A stretch of DNA of 64,000 nt from Arsenophonus endosymbiont of Ceratovacuna japonica (GCA_024349725.1 AP026064.1:144592-208591), one strand, 5' to 3'; shown: positions 35,308-45,311, counted from the stretch's first letter. Notes: generated from the sequence alone by a model not told the origin. A program made the numbers and translations.

Positions 35308-35380
35308 CTGGGGTACCAGGATTCGAACCTGGGAATACCAGGATCAAAACCTGGTGCCTTAACCACTTGGCAATACCCCA
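35308..35380 (-). tRNA. tRNA-Gln (anticodon TTG)
   Basis: The reverse strand reads TGGGGTATTGCCAAGTGGTTAAGGCACCAGGTTTTGATCCTGGTATTCCCAGGTTCGAATCCTGGTACCCCAG, near-identical to E. coli tRNA-Gln(UUG). CCA is not encoded (CAT follows). Confidence 0.92.
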
Positions 35381-35413
35381 ATTATAAAATATAAATATTT
35401 TTTTACAAAATGA

Positions 35414-35495
35414 TACGGGAGGCGAGATTTGAACTCGCATACCTTTTGGCGTCAGAACCTAAATCTGGTGCGTCTACCAATTTCGCCACTCCCGC
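35414..35495 (-). tRNA. tRNA-Leu (anticodon TAG)
   Basis: The reverse strand reads GCGGGAGTGGCGAAATTGGTAGACGCACCAGATTTAGGTTCTGACGCCAAAAGGTATGCGAGTTCAAATCTCGCCTCCCGTA, with a long variable arm, closely matching E. coli leuW. There is a G1-U72 wobble. CCA is not encoded (TCA follows). Confidence 0.92.
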
Positions 35496-35508
35496 TTATT
35501 ATTTTTTG

Positions 35509-35582
35509 TGGCTACGACAGGAATTGAACCTGTGACTCCAGCATTATGAGTGCTGTGCTCTAACCAACTGAGCTACGTAGCC
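35509..35582 (-). tRNA. tRNA-Met, elongator type (anticodon CAT)
   Basis: The reverse strand reads GGCTACGTAGCTCAGTTGGTTAGAGCACAGCACTCATAATGCTGGAGTCACAGGTTCAATTCCTGTCGTAGCCA, closely matching E. coli metT. The order Met-Leu-Gln equals the start of the E. coli metT-leuW-glnU operon. CCA is not encoded (CAA follows). Confidence 0.88.
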
Positions 35583-35618
35583 ATTTTATAAAAATTTCTA
35601 ATTTATAAAATATATAAT

Positions 35619-35647
35619 ATTATGCTTATATAGATTAAAGTCGTCAA
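35619..35647 (-). promoter_or_regulatory. Candidate sigma-70 promoter of the tRNA Met-Leu-Gln operon
   Basis: The minus strand reads TTGACG (35647-35642), a 17-nt spacer, then CATAAT (35624-19), about 37 nt upstream of the mature tRNA-Met 5' end. TTGACG is rare in these A/T spacers, but -10-like hexamers are everywhere, so this is tentative. Confidence 0.35.
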
Positions 35648-35851
35648 TGATTTTTTATTATTTATATATATATAAATAGAATTATTTTAATTTTAAATTA
35701 AAGTATATTATAATAATATTTAATATTTAAAAAAAATTTTATCTTTATTAAGATAAATAAAGTTACTAATAAATTATTCAATTTAAATAAAGGTGCATTA
35801 AATTTAATCTATAAACATTTATATTTATGATAGATTAATAAGGAATCAATT

Positions 35852-37303
35852 ATGCATTTTCGAGTAATAAGTAAAATTATAGGTCTACTTGTTATCTTAT
35901 TTTCTGTTATGATGATTATTCCAGTTATAATATCATTAATTTATCTAGATGGGACAGAATATGCTTTTATTAAAACTTTTATTATATCATTAATTATTGG
36001 TTTATTATTTTGGATTCCTAATAGGAATAATAAACATGATTTAAAATCTAAAGAAGGTTTTTTAATAGTCGCTCTTTTTTGGATTGTATTAGGAAGCATT
36101 GGTGCATTACCTTTTATTTTTTCTCATCAACTTCATTTGTCAGTGACAGATGCTTGTTTTGAATCTTTTTCTGGATTAACAACAACTGGTGCGACTACAT
36201 TAATAAGATTAGATTATTTTCCTAAAGCAATACTTTTTTATAGACAAATGTTACAATGGTTAGGTGGAATGGGTATAATTGTTTTAGCGGTAGCTATATT
36301 ACCTTTATTAGGTATAGGTGGAATTCAACTTTATAGAGCAGAAATACCTGGCCCACTTAAAGACAATAAAATGAGACCAAGAATTTCAGAAACCGCAAAA
36401 ATTCTTTGGTTAATATATATTTTACTCACAATAGTATGTGCAATAACATTATGGTTTGCTGGTATGGATATTTTTGATGCAATATCACATAGCTTTTCTA
36501 CTGTTTCTATTGGTGGGTTTTCTACTCATGATAAAAGTATCGGTTATTTTAATAATTCTACTATTAATATTATTATTGCTATTTTTTTACTTATTTCTAG
36601 CTGTAATTTTAATCTTCACTTTTATTTTTTATCTGGTCATAATTTAATAATTTACTGGTATGATCCTGAATTTAAAGTATTTATTATTTTTCAATTAGTA
36701 TTAATATTTATTTGTACTTTAATACTTTGGTGTTATTCAGTTTATGACTCATTATTACAAATATTAAATCAAGTTTTTTTTCAAGTTATTTCTATGACAA
36801 CAACAGCAGGATTTAGTGCTGATGGATTGTCTAAATGGCCAATTTTTTTGCCAATATTATTATTATTTTCTTCTTTTGTTGGCGGTTGCACTGGTTCAAC
36901 AGGTGGTGGATTAAAAGTTATTCGTATTTTGTTATTATATTTACAAGGTTTACGAGAATTAAAACGATTAGTACACCCAAATGCTATTTATACAATTAAA
37001 TTAAATTCTAGAGTATTATCCGGACGTATAATTGAGTCTGTTTGGGGATTTTTTTCTGCTTATGCATTAGTTTTTATTATTAGTTTATTATTATTAATTT
37101 CAACTGGAGTAGATGAATTTTCTGCTTTTATATCAATTGCATCATCATTAAATAATTTAGGATTAGGATTAGGATCAGTTACTGAGAATTTTAGTACATT
37201 AACTACATTTGGAAAATGGATCTTAATAGTTACTATGTTATTTGGTAGATTAGAAGTATTTACTTTGCTTGTTCTTTTTACACCAGCCTTTTGGAGAGAA
37301 TAA
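35852..37303 (+). CDS. trkH: Potassium uptake protein TrkH
   Basis: ORF track (483 aa). MHFRVISKIIGLLVILFSVMMIIP matches E. coli TrkH MHFRAITRIVGLLVILFSGTMIIP. It ends ..LFGRLEVFTLLVLFTPAFWRE. Confidence 0.96.
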   Translation: MHFRVISKIIGLLVILFSVMMIIPVIISLIYLDGTEYAFIKTFIISLIIGLLFWIPNRNNKHDLKSKEGFLIVALFWIVLGSIGALPFIFSHQLHLSVTDACFESFSGLTTTGATTLIRLDYFPKAILFYRQMLQWLGGMGIIVLAVAILPLLGIGGIQLYRAEIPGPLKDNKMRPRISETAKILWLIYILLTIVCAITLWFAGMDIFDAISHSFSTVSIGGFSTHDKSIGYFNNSTINIIIAIFLLISSCNFNLHFYFLSGHNLIIYWYDPEFKVFIIFQLVLIFICTLILWCYSVYDSLLQILNQVFFQVISMTTTAGFSADGLSKWPIFLPILLLFSSFVGGCTGSTGGGLKVIRILLLYLQGLRELKRLVHPNAIYTIKLNSRVLSGRIIESVWGFFSAYALVFIISLLLLISTGVDEFSAFISIASSLNNLGLGLGSVTENFSTLTTFGKWILIVTMLFGRLEVFTLLVLFTPAFWRE

Positions 37304-37522
37304 TTGTTAATATAAAATTAAAAGTAAATATAAATATTAAAATAATTAAAGTAATATTTTATATGTAAATTTAAATATATTTTATATTTATAATATATTA
37401 AATTTTATATAAAATTATTAACAAGTTAAATATTATATTTAATATCAATTTAATAATAAAAAATAATAAAATATATTTAAAATAAATATTTATATATGTA
37501 ATTTTAATTAAAATTTCATGAA

Positions 37523-37646
37523 TAATTAATTTATTTATAGTATTTTATATAAATATTATTTGATTTAAAAAATTAATTTAATTATTCTAAAAATTTAATT
37601 TATTATAAAATAATATTTATATAAAATACTATAAATAAATTAATTA
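37523..37646. repeat. Perfect 38-bp inverted repeat separated by a 48-bp spacer (124-bp unit)
   Basis: Verified base by base: 37523-37560 (TAATTAATTTATTTATAGTATTTTATATAAATATTATT) is the exact reverse complement of 37609-37646. It includes a G:C pair (37540/37629). Confidence 0.95.
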
Positions 37647-37898
37647 ATAAGCATTAAAATATTTCATAAATAAATTTAATTAATTTTAATGAAATAATTT
37701 AATTTTATTTATTAAAAATAAAGATAATTTATATCAAATTTAAAATTAATAATATATTAATATTATATATTAAAATTTATATAAAGTTATAATATTTATA
37801 ATATAAATTTATTTTTATTATAATATTTTAACTAAAATTAATATATTAATAATTTAATAATATATTTATATACATAATATATAATTGGTAATTAAATA

Positions 37899-37939
37899 GT
37901 TAATAAATTAATTTTTATAAAAAAAATTAATTTATTAAC
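37899..37939. repeat. Perfect hairpin, 18-bp stem and 5-nt loop, closed by a G:C pair
   Basis: GTTAATAAATTAATTTTT (37899-37916) is the reverse complement of AAAAATTAATTTATTAAC (37922-37939). Confidence 0.9.
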
Positions 37940-38992
37940 ATTATAATTTAAACAAATAAAATTAAAATAAACATATTTATATTTACTTATTGTCAAAATA
38001 GTTTTTTTAATAAATATTAAATTAATGATAAATAACATTTTAATTATTTATATATATTAATTATTAATAATGCTAAATATACGAAAATTAATTAGTAAAT
38101 TATTAAATTTTATTTTAATATGAAATAGTAATAATAAATTAGAATATTATTGTTTAATATTTAATTTAAATTATATAAATTAAAATTTATAATAATTATT
38201 AAATATTATTATTATTTATAATAATATTTATAATTTTATATTAAATTAATATATTCATTATATTAATAAATTGTTATTTAATTAATATAATTTTAATAAA
38301 ATATATATTAATTAAATAACAGTATCTTAAAATATTATAAATAATTAATAAATATTATTATATTTTTATTAGTTTTTATTTTATATAAATTTTATAAAAT
38401 AATTTTATTAAAAACTAATAAAAATTTATATAGTATTATATTTAAATTTGAAACCTATATGTTAATTTTTATTAAAATATTATTATTATAAATATTACTT
38501 AATTAATATTTAAATAATAAATAGTAAATTTAAATATATTTGTTATAATTAAAATATCATTAAATATTATAATAGTAATTTTTAATATTCTTAAAGGATT
38601 TAATTAAATTACATTTATAATTATAGTATAATGATATAATTATTTTTTAAATATATATTTTCTGAATTATTATGTAAATATTATATATATTATTTAATAT
38701 AACAATATAATATATAATTTAATTGATATATTATATCTATAATAATTTATTACCTTACATACTACTTTAAATAATATATTAACTATTGAATTTAAAATAA
38801 TAATAATAATTATTAATTTTTTATTTATATATTATAATTATAATACATTTATCATATGATATAAATTTAATATAAAATATTATTTATTAATATATCAATA
38901 TAATAAAAATTATTTAATTAATATAAAATAAAAATTAATAAATAAAATTTAATATGAATTATAATATATAGAATTATAATAGGATATAGATA

Positions 38993-39691
38993 ATGATAAT
39001 AAGTTCTAATGTAGTTTCAATTGAATTTATTACTAATAATATTTATCGAGTTTATCTATCACCACAAGGTAAATTTTCTTTTCGTGCAGGACAATATTTA
39101 ATGATTATTATGTATAAGCTAAATAATCGTCCATTTTCTTTAGCTTCTATTCCTTCAGAAAAAGAAATTATTGAGCTTCATATTGATGCATCAAAGTTCA
39201 ATTTTTATGCTTCATTGATAATTAAACATATTATTGCGAAAAATAATATTAATATTGATATTCCTTATGGTAAAGCTTGGTTTCGTGAAAATAGTAAAAA
39301 ACCAATAATTATCATTGCTGGTGGAACAGGTTTTTCTTATACTAGATCTATTTTATATGCTGCATTAGAAGAAAATTCTAATAGAGATATTAGTTTTTAT
39401 TGGGGTGGAAGAATAATTGAACAATTATATAATTTAGATGAATTACAATTACTTTCAGAAAAATTTAATAATTTAAAAATAATTCCTGTTCTTGAAGAAC
39501 CAAAATTAGATTGGAGCGGAAGGATAGGTAAAGTTTTAAATGTTGTATTAGATGATTTTAGTTCTCTTATAGAATATGAAATTTATATTTCTGGGCGTTT
39601 TGAAATGGCTAAAATTGCAAGAGAACGATTTTGTAATGAAAGAGGAATTAATCCTGAACATATTTATGGAGATGCATTTGAATTTATTTGA
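38993..39691 (+). CDS. fre: NAD(P)H-flavin reductase Fre
   Basis: ORF track (232 aa). FSFRAGQYLMI, RPFSLAS, IIIAGGTGFSY, and the C-terminus GRFEMAKIARERFCNERGI..GDAFEFI are colinear with E. coli Fre. Confidence 0.9.
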   Translation: MIISSNVVSIEFITNNIYRVYLSPQGKFSFRAGQYLMIIMYKLNNRPFSLASIPSEKEIIELHIDASKFNFYASLIIKHIIAKNNINIDIPYGKAWFRENSKKPIIIIAGGTGFSYTRSILYAALEENSNRDISFYWGGRIIEQLYNLDELQLLSEKFNNLKIIPVLEEPKLDWSGRIGKVLNVVLDDFSSLIEYEIYISGRFEMAKIARERFCNERGINPEHIYGDAFEFI

Positions 39692-40287
39692 ATAAATTAT
39701 AAATATAAAATAATAAAATATAATAAACATTAATTATGATTTTTTAATTATAAATGCTATAAAATAAAAATAATTAATATTATTATACATATAATATGTT
39801 AAGCTTAATTTTTATATAATTATATATATTAATATTTATGTTAGTATTTTAATGTAAATATTAACAATAAAATAATTATTTATATTAATAATATACATTT
39901 TATAAAAATTGATATAAATTAATATTTTAATAGATAATAATATTATATTTTTTAATTAAATAAAATATTAAATAAATATTGATTATTTTTAATAAAAATT
40001 ATAAATTATTATCATAATTTATTCATTAATTATTAAAAAATTAATATTTTTTGTATATTATAAAAATAAGTAAGTTGATTATTTTTAATATAATGAATTA
40101 ATATCTATAATTAATATTTTTTAATTTTAATATAATTATTTTTATTTAATATAATTTTAATTAATATAAATATTGATTATTAAATAATATTATTATTTAA
40201 ATTAATTTTAAATTTTACATTTAAAGTATATATAATAATAAATTAGTATTTAATTTATTATAATTTAAATATAAATAAATAATATAA

Positions 40288-40347
40288 AATTTATTAAATA
40301 TTATTATAAATATATTTAAATATATTTATAATAATATTTAATAAATT
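40288..40347. repeat. Perfect 60-bp A/T palindrome (30+30, no spacer)
   Basis: Verified base by base: 40288-40317 (AATTTATTAAATATTATTATAAATATATTT) is the exact reverse complement of 40318-40347. The first mismatch is at 40287/40348. It lies about 185 nt upstream of artP. Confidence 0.97.
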
Positions 40348-40530
40348 AAAATAATTGAATTAATTATTTTATAAATAAGTATCTTTTAATAAAAAATGAT
40401 TTACTTATTTAATATAATATATTAATTAATTATAAAATTATTATTATTTTATTTAATAATAATTTATTGCATAGTAATTATATTAAGGTTATATTATATA
40501 ATTCATGTTTTTATTTATTTAGATTTTAAT

Positions 40531-41268
40531 ATGAGTATTAAATTAAGTCAAATTAATTGTTTTTATGGTAAAGAACAGTCTTTGCATAACATTAATTTAA
40601 CTTGTGAAACTGGTGAAATTGTAATATTACTTGGACCAAGTGGAGCAGGAAAAAGTTCATTATTACGAGTATTTAATTTATTACATATTCCTCAATCTGG
40701 TAAATTAGATATAGTTGGATATCATTTTAATTTATCTAATAAACCTAAAAAACATATAATTCGTATTATAAGAAAAAAAGTAGGTATGGTGTTTCAACAA
40801 TATCATTTATGGCCACATTTAACTGTAATGGAAAATTTAATTAAAGCACCTTATTTAGTTTTAGGATTAACTAAAACAGTAGTCAAAGAAAAAGCAATAA
40901 ATTTATTAAATAGATTACGATTAACTGAATATGCTAATAATTTTCCATTACATCTTTCTGGTGGTCAACAACAACGAGTAGCTATTGCTCGAGCATTAAT
41001 GATGGAACCTGAAGTATTGTTATTTGATGAACCAACATCAGCCTTAGATCCTGAAATTACAATTCAAGTATTTAATATTATAAAAGAATTATCAAAAATT
41101 GGTATTACTCAGTTAATTGTTACTCATGAAATTGATTTTATTCGTAAAATAGCTAGCAAAATTATTTATATGGAAAAAGGTTCAATAATAGAACAAGGTA
41201 ATATTAATCACTTTATTACACCACAAACTAAAGGATTAAAAAATTATATATCTCATTTATCTAAATAA
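40531..41268 (+). CDS. artP: Arginine ABC transporter ATP-binding protein ArtP
   Basis: ORF track (245 aa). [13 protein letters not shown] (E. coli MSIQLNGINCFYG), Walker [10 protein letters not shown], and [19 protein letters not shown]. Confidence 0.95.
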   Translation: MSIKLSQINCFYGKEQSLHNINLTCETGEIVILLGPSGAGKSSLLRVFNLLHIPQSGKLDIVGYHFNLSNKPKKHIIRIIRKKVGMVFQQYHLWPHLTVMENLIKAPYLVLGLTKTVVKEKAINLLNRLRLTEYANNFPLHLSGGQQQRVAIARALMMEPEVLLFDEPTSALDPEITIQVFNIIKELSKIGITQLIVTHEIDFIRKIASKIIYMEKGSIIEQGNINHFITPQTKGLKNYISHLSK

Positions 41269-41278
41269 CAATATTAAC

Positions 41279-42016
41279 ATAAAAAAAATATTATTCACTA
41301 TTATGTTATATATGCCTTCTTTATTAATTTTTGCATTACCAAATTTTACAATACGTTTTGCTACCGATGCTACTTATGCTCCATTTGAATCAATTGATGA
41401 TAATAATAATATTATTGGTTTTGATATTGATATTGTAAATATTATATGTAGTAAGATTAATGTTAATTGTACATTTACTCACCAATCTTTTGATAGTTTA
41501 ATTATTAGTTTAAAAATGCACCGTTTTGATGCATTAGTATCTGGAATTGATATTACTCCAGATAGACAAAAACAAGTTGATTTTACTGATATTTATTATA
41601 AAAACTCAACAATGTTTATTGTATCAAAAAAGAAAATCAATAAAATATCGTTATTAGAAGGAAAAAAAATTGGTGTACAAAATGGTACTACTCATCAAAA
41701 ATATATTATACAACAACATAAAGAAATGAAAGTCGTACCATATGATAATTATCAATTAGCAATTCTTGATTTACAAAATGGTCGCATAGATGCTATGTTT
41801 GGTGATTCTGCTGTTATAACAAAATTGTTAAAAACAAAAGGTAATAAAAATCTTATTTCTATAAATGAAAAAATAACTGATTTAAATTATTTTGGTATTG
41901 GACTCGGTATTGCTGTACGTAAAGGAAATAAAATATTGTTAGATAAATTAAACAAAGCACTAATTCAAATAAAGCAAGATGGTAGCTATGATGCTATCTA
42001 TAAAAAATGGTTATAA
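41279..42016 (+). CDS. artI: Arginine-binding periplasmic protein ArtI (start uncertain: ATA at 41279, or internal ATG at 41303)
   Basis: The ORF track starts at ATG 41303 (MLYMPSLLIFALPNFTIRFATDATYAPFES). The frame is open back to 41240. ATA AAA AAA at 41279 would give (M)KKILFTIMLYMPSLLIFALPNF-TIRFAT. That is a complete signal peptide, colinear with E. coli ArtI MKKVLIAALIAGFSLSATAAETIRFATE. Confidence 0.85.
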   Translation: MKKILFTIMLYMPSLLIFALPNFTIRFATDATYAPFESIDDNNNIIGFDIDIVNIICSKINVNCTFTHQSFDSLIISLKMHRFDALVSGIDITPDRQKQVDFTDIYYKNSTMFIVSKKKINKISLLEGKKIGVQNGTTHQKYIIQQHKEMKVVPYDNYQLAILDLQNGRIDAMFGDSAVITKLLKTKGNKNLISINEKITDLNYFGIGLGIAVRKGNKILLDKLNKALIQIKQDGSYDAIYKKWL

Positions 42017-42030
42017 AATAACTAATTATT

Positions 42031-42774
42031 ATGATAAATAATTTATTATTTTTAATAAATTCAACTAGTTTAACATTAATATTAGCTGGTAGTTCTTTAA
42101 TTTTAGGTTTATTATTGTCTATATTATTTACTATATGGGAATCTATATTATGGAAACCTATAGCTTTAATTAGTTCTTGTTTAATGGCCTTAATTCGTGG
42201 ATTACCAGAATTATTAGTTATTTTATTTACTTATTATGGTACATTAAAATTTATTATGTTGTTAAGTGATGGAATTCATATTAATTTTATTTTTTGGCAA
42301 AAAACTTTGCAAATTGATTCTGAATGGTTTTTTCCTAAAAATAATGAATTTGATTTTATTCCTTTATTTTGTGGCATTTTATCATTATCATTACTTTATG
42401 CTGCATATGGAGTGCAAATTTTAAAGGGGGCTTTAAAAGCAATACCAATTGGTCAATGGGAATCAGGTTATGCATTAGATCTTAATCAAAATGTTATTTT
42501 TTTAAGATTAATTATGCCTCAAATGTTAAGTCATGCATTACCTGGATTAAGTAATCAATGGTTAGTTTTATTAAAAGATACTGCTTTAGTTTCTACAATT
42601 AGTATTAATGATTTAATGTTACAAACTAAAAGCATTATTAATAGAACTAATGAACCATTTACTTGGTATTTAATTGTGGCATTTATTTATTTAATTATTA
42701 CTCTTATAAGTAAATTAATTTTATATCATATTGAAATACTTATAATTAAATTTAAATTTGATGTTAAAAAATGA
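42031..42774 (+). CDS. artQ: Arginine ABC transporter permease ArtQ
   Basis: ORF track (247 aa). ..LRGLPELLVILFTYYG.., and LLYAAYGVQILKGALKAIPIGQWESGYAL is colinear with E. coli ArtQ. Confidence 0.93.
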   Translation: MINNLLFLINSTSLTLILAGSSLILGLLLSILFTIWESILWKPIALISSCLMALIRGLPELLVILFTYYGTLKFIMLLSDGIHINFIFWQKTLQIDSEWFFPKNNEFDFIPLFCGILSLSLLYAAYGVQILKGALKAIPIGQWESGYALDLNQNVIFLRLIMPQMLSHALPGLSNQWLVLLKDTALVSTISINDLMLQTKSIINRTNEPFTWYLIVAFIYLIITLISKLILYHIEILIIKFKFDVKK

Positions 42775-43433
42775 TATATTTACTTTTTTCATTATTACCA
42801 GCTTTACCTATTAGTTTATCATTAACATTATGTTCATTAGTAATAGCTTTTTTTTTAGCAATATTTTTAACTATTATTTTATCATTAAAAAATGCTTTTT
42901 TTTCATTTATTATTCAAGTTTATATAATGATATTTACTGGAACTCCTTTACTAATTCAATTTTTTTTAATTTACTATGGCCCTTGTCAATTTTCATCTTT
43001 AATGGAGTATCATAATTTATGGATATATTATACTCCATGGATTTGTTCAATGATTACATTGGCACTTAATAGTGCTGCTTATTCTACTTTATTATTTTAT
43101 GGTGCAATAAAAGTTATTCCTAAAAATAACTGGCAATCTTGTTATGCTTTAGGTATGTCAAAACAACAAACATTACGAATAATATTACCTTATGCACTTA
43201 AACGTGCATTTTCATCTTATACAAATGAGGTAATTCTTATTTTTAAAAGTACATCATTAGCAAGCACAATAACATTATTAGAAATTATGGGTTATAGTCA
43301 ACAAATTTTTGGACAAACTTATGATATTAATATTTTTATTGCTGCTGGAATTATTTATTTATGTATAAATGGTATTTTAACTTTATTAATGAGATGGTTT
43401 GAACGATATATTTTATTTTTTGAAAAAAATTAA
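42771..43433 (+). CDS. artM: Arginine ABC transporter permease ArtM
   Basis: ORF track (220 aa). FTGTPLLIQFFLIYYGP, and LNSAAYSTLLFYGAIKVIPKNNWQSCYALGMSK is colinear with E. coli ArtM. There is a 4-nt ATGA overlap with artQ. Confidence 0.93.
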   Translation: MIYLLFSLLPALPISLSLTLCSLVIAFFLAIFLTIILSLKNAFFSFIIQVYIMIFTGTPLLIQFFLIYYGPCQFSSLMEYHNLWIYYTPWICSMITLALNSAAYSTLLFYGAIKVIPKNNWQSCYALGMSKQQTLRIILPYALKRAFSSYTNEVILIFKSTSLASTITLLEIMGYSQQIFGQTYDINIFIAAGIIYLCINGILTLLMRWFERYILFFEKN

Positions 43434-44565
43434 TCATATCAATTTCATTTAGTAAATAAATATTCTAATATATATTAAAATATTTATTTGTTTATATAAT
43501 ATATAATAATTATTTAAATAATATTAATTAAAATATATATGTTTTATATAATTTAAGTAATAGTAAAATTTATTAATTATTAATTAATAAAATATATTTT
43601 TCAATTATAATATTATTAATTTAATATTTATCATTAATGTTTTATTAGTTTAATAAAATTTTTATTTTAAAAACATTTTATTTACTTATAAAATAATAAT
43701 TTTAAAAATTTTATATAAAATATCTATATTTTAATATTATTTATTATTTATTTAGTCATTTATATCAAAAAAAATGAAATAAATTAATATAGCATAAATT
43801 TTATAAACATAATTAAAACTATTTTCTTATAAACTAAAATTTTCATAAATAAGTAATAATATATATACTATAATTAACTTAATAATATCTTAAAATGTTA
43901 TTAAATTTTTATATTGTTATTTTATAGTCTTAGTATTAATCATAAAAATATTAATTAATTAAGTTAAATTAAATACTTTTATAAAAGAGCTATTAAAATT
44001 TTTTTACTTGTTTATAAAAGTTTTTATAAAGAAAATTATTTATTATGTTTTCTAAATATTTTAAATTATATGAAAAATTAACTAAATTGTTATAAATATG
44101 TATATAAAAATATAATTACATAAAAATACTAAAGATAAATTTATTATAATAAATATTAAGAATATTATAATGAAATTAAATATTATTTTATAATATTTTT
44201 ATATTATATTAAATTTTTGATAGTTATTTATTTATTTGCTATAAAATATTAATAAATAACATTTTTATAAAAATTATCTATATATTTTAAATTTCATTTT
44301 TTTATTTAATCAATGTAGTTACATTAATTATTGATATTTATATGATTTTATTTTTTAATTTAAAAATAATAATATATTAATATTTAAATATTTAATATAT
44401 AAATATTTATGTGAATAAAAATAATATTATTAAAATTTATTATTTAATAAAATATAATATATTTTAATAAGTTTTAATTAATTTTATTTATTAAAAATTA
44501 TAAAAATATAAGTTTTTATTAATATAAAAGGTAGATATTTTAATATAAATAAACATATATTTATT

Positions 44566-44694
44566 ACAATTAATATTATATAATAAAATAATAATTATAC
44601 TAATTAATTAATTATATAATAATAAATTACATTCTACTAAATATTATATATTATTATATTATAACAATTAATATTATATAATAAAATAATAATT
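44566..44694. repeat. 31-bp perfect direct repeat, two copies 98 bp apart
   Basis: ACAATTAATATTATATAATAAAATAATAATT occurs at 44566-44596 and again at 44664-44694, compared letter by letter. Confidence 0.9.
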
Positions 44695-45311
44695 TCTATT
44701 TAAAATAATTAATTTAATCATATTAAAATTCTATTATAAATAAAAATTATTTTACATATATAAAAAATCTTTTAATAAAGATATAATTAATAATAATATT
44801 ATTATTTATAATATATATAAAATTATTATAAAATAAATTATATAATTATAACTTTTATTTATATTAAAATTAAGTATGTTATTTATATTATTATATAATT
44901 AATCAAAAAAATATATTTAATTTATTGGTATTAAAAAATAATTCACATTATATAAATAAAAAATAAGTTACTATTATTAATTTATTTAAAAATATAATAA
45001 TTTTATTAAAAAATAAAATTAGATATATATGTAAGTATTTTAGATAAATTAATCATTAGTATTTTGAATATTAATAATTAGTGATAAATAAATAATAAAA
45101 TTATTTTTATATAAAAAGTAAAATTAATTATTTATTAATATATAAATATTAAGTAATATAAATATAATTATTATATAATATATAATAATATTTTATATAT
45201 TTAAAATAATAATTTATATAGTTATTATTATTAAATAATACTAATATAGTTAAAATATTTTTATAAAATATTTAGTTTAATTTTAAAATATATGTATTTT
45301 AATATTAAATT

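Noticed and set aside
37523-37646. Interpretation of the 38-bp inverted-repeat unit as a bona fide MITE or mobile element
   Set aside because: No second copy of the arms occurs in this 64-kb window, there is no flanking target-site duplication, and no transposase is present anywhere in the window. It is kept as a structural finding but not called a mobile element.
44410-44418. Second DnaA-box-like 9-mer (TGTGAATAA, which is TTATTCACA on the minus strand) in the artM-ybjG spacer
   Set aside because: It matches only the relaxed TTATNCACA consensus, about one of which is expected by chance in this amount of A/T spacer. It is isolated, with no clustering, no GATC sites and no AT-rich 13-mer array, so it is not evidence for an origin.
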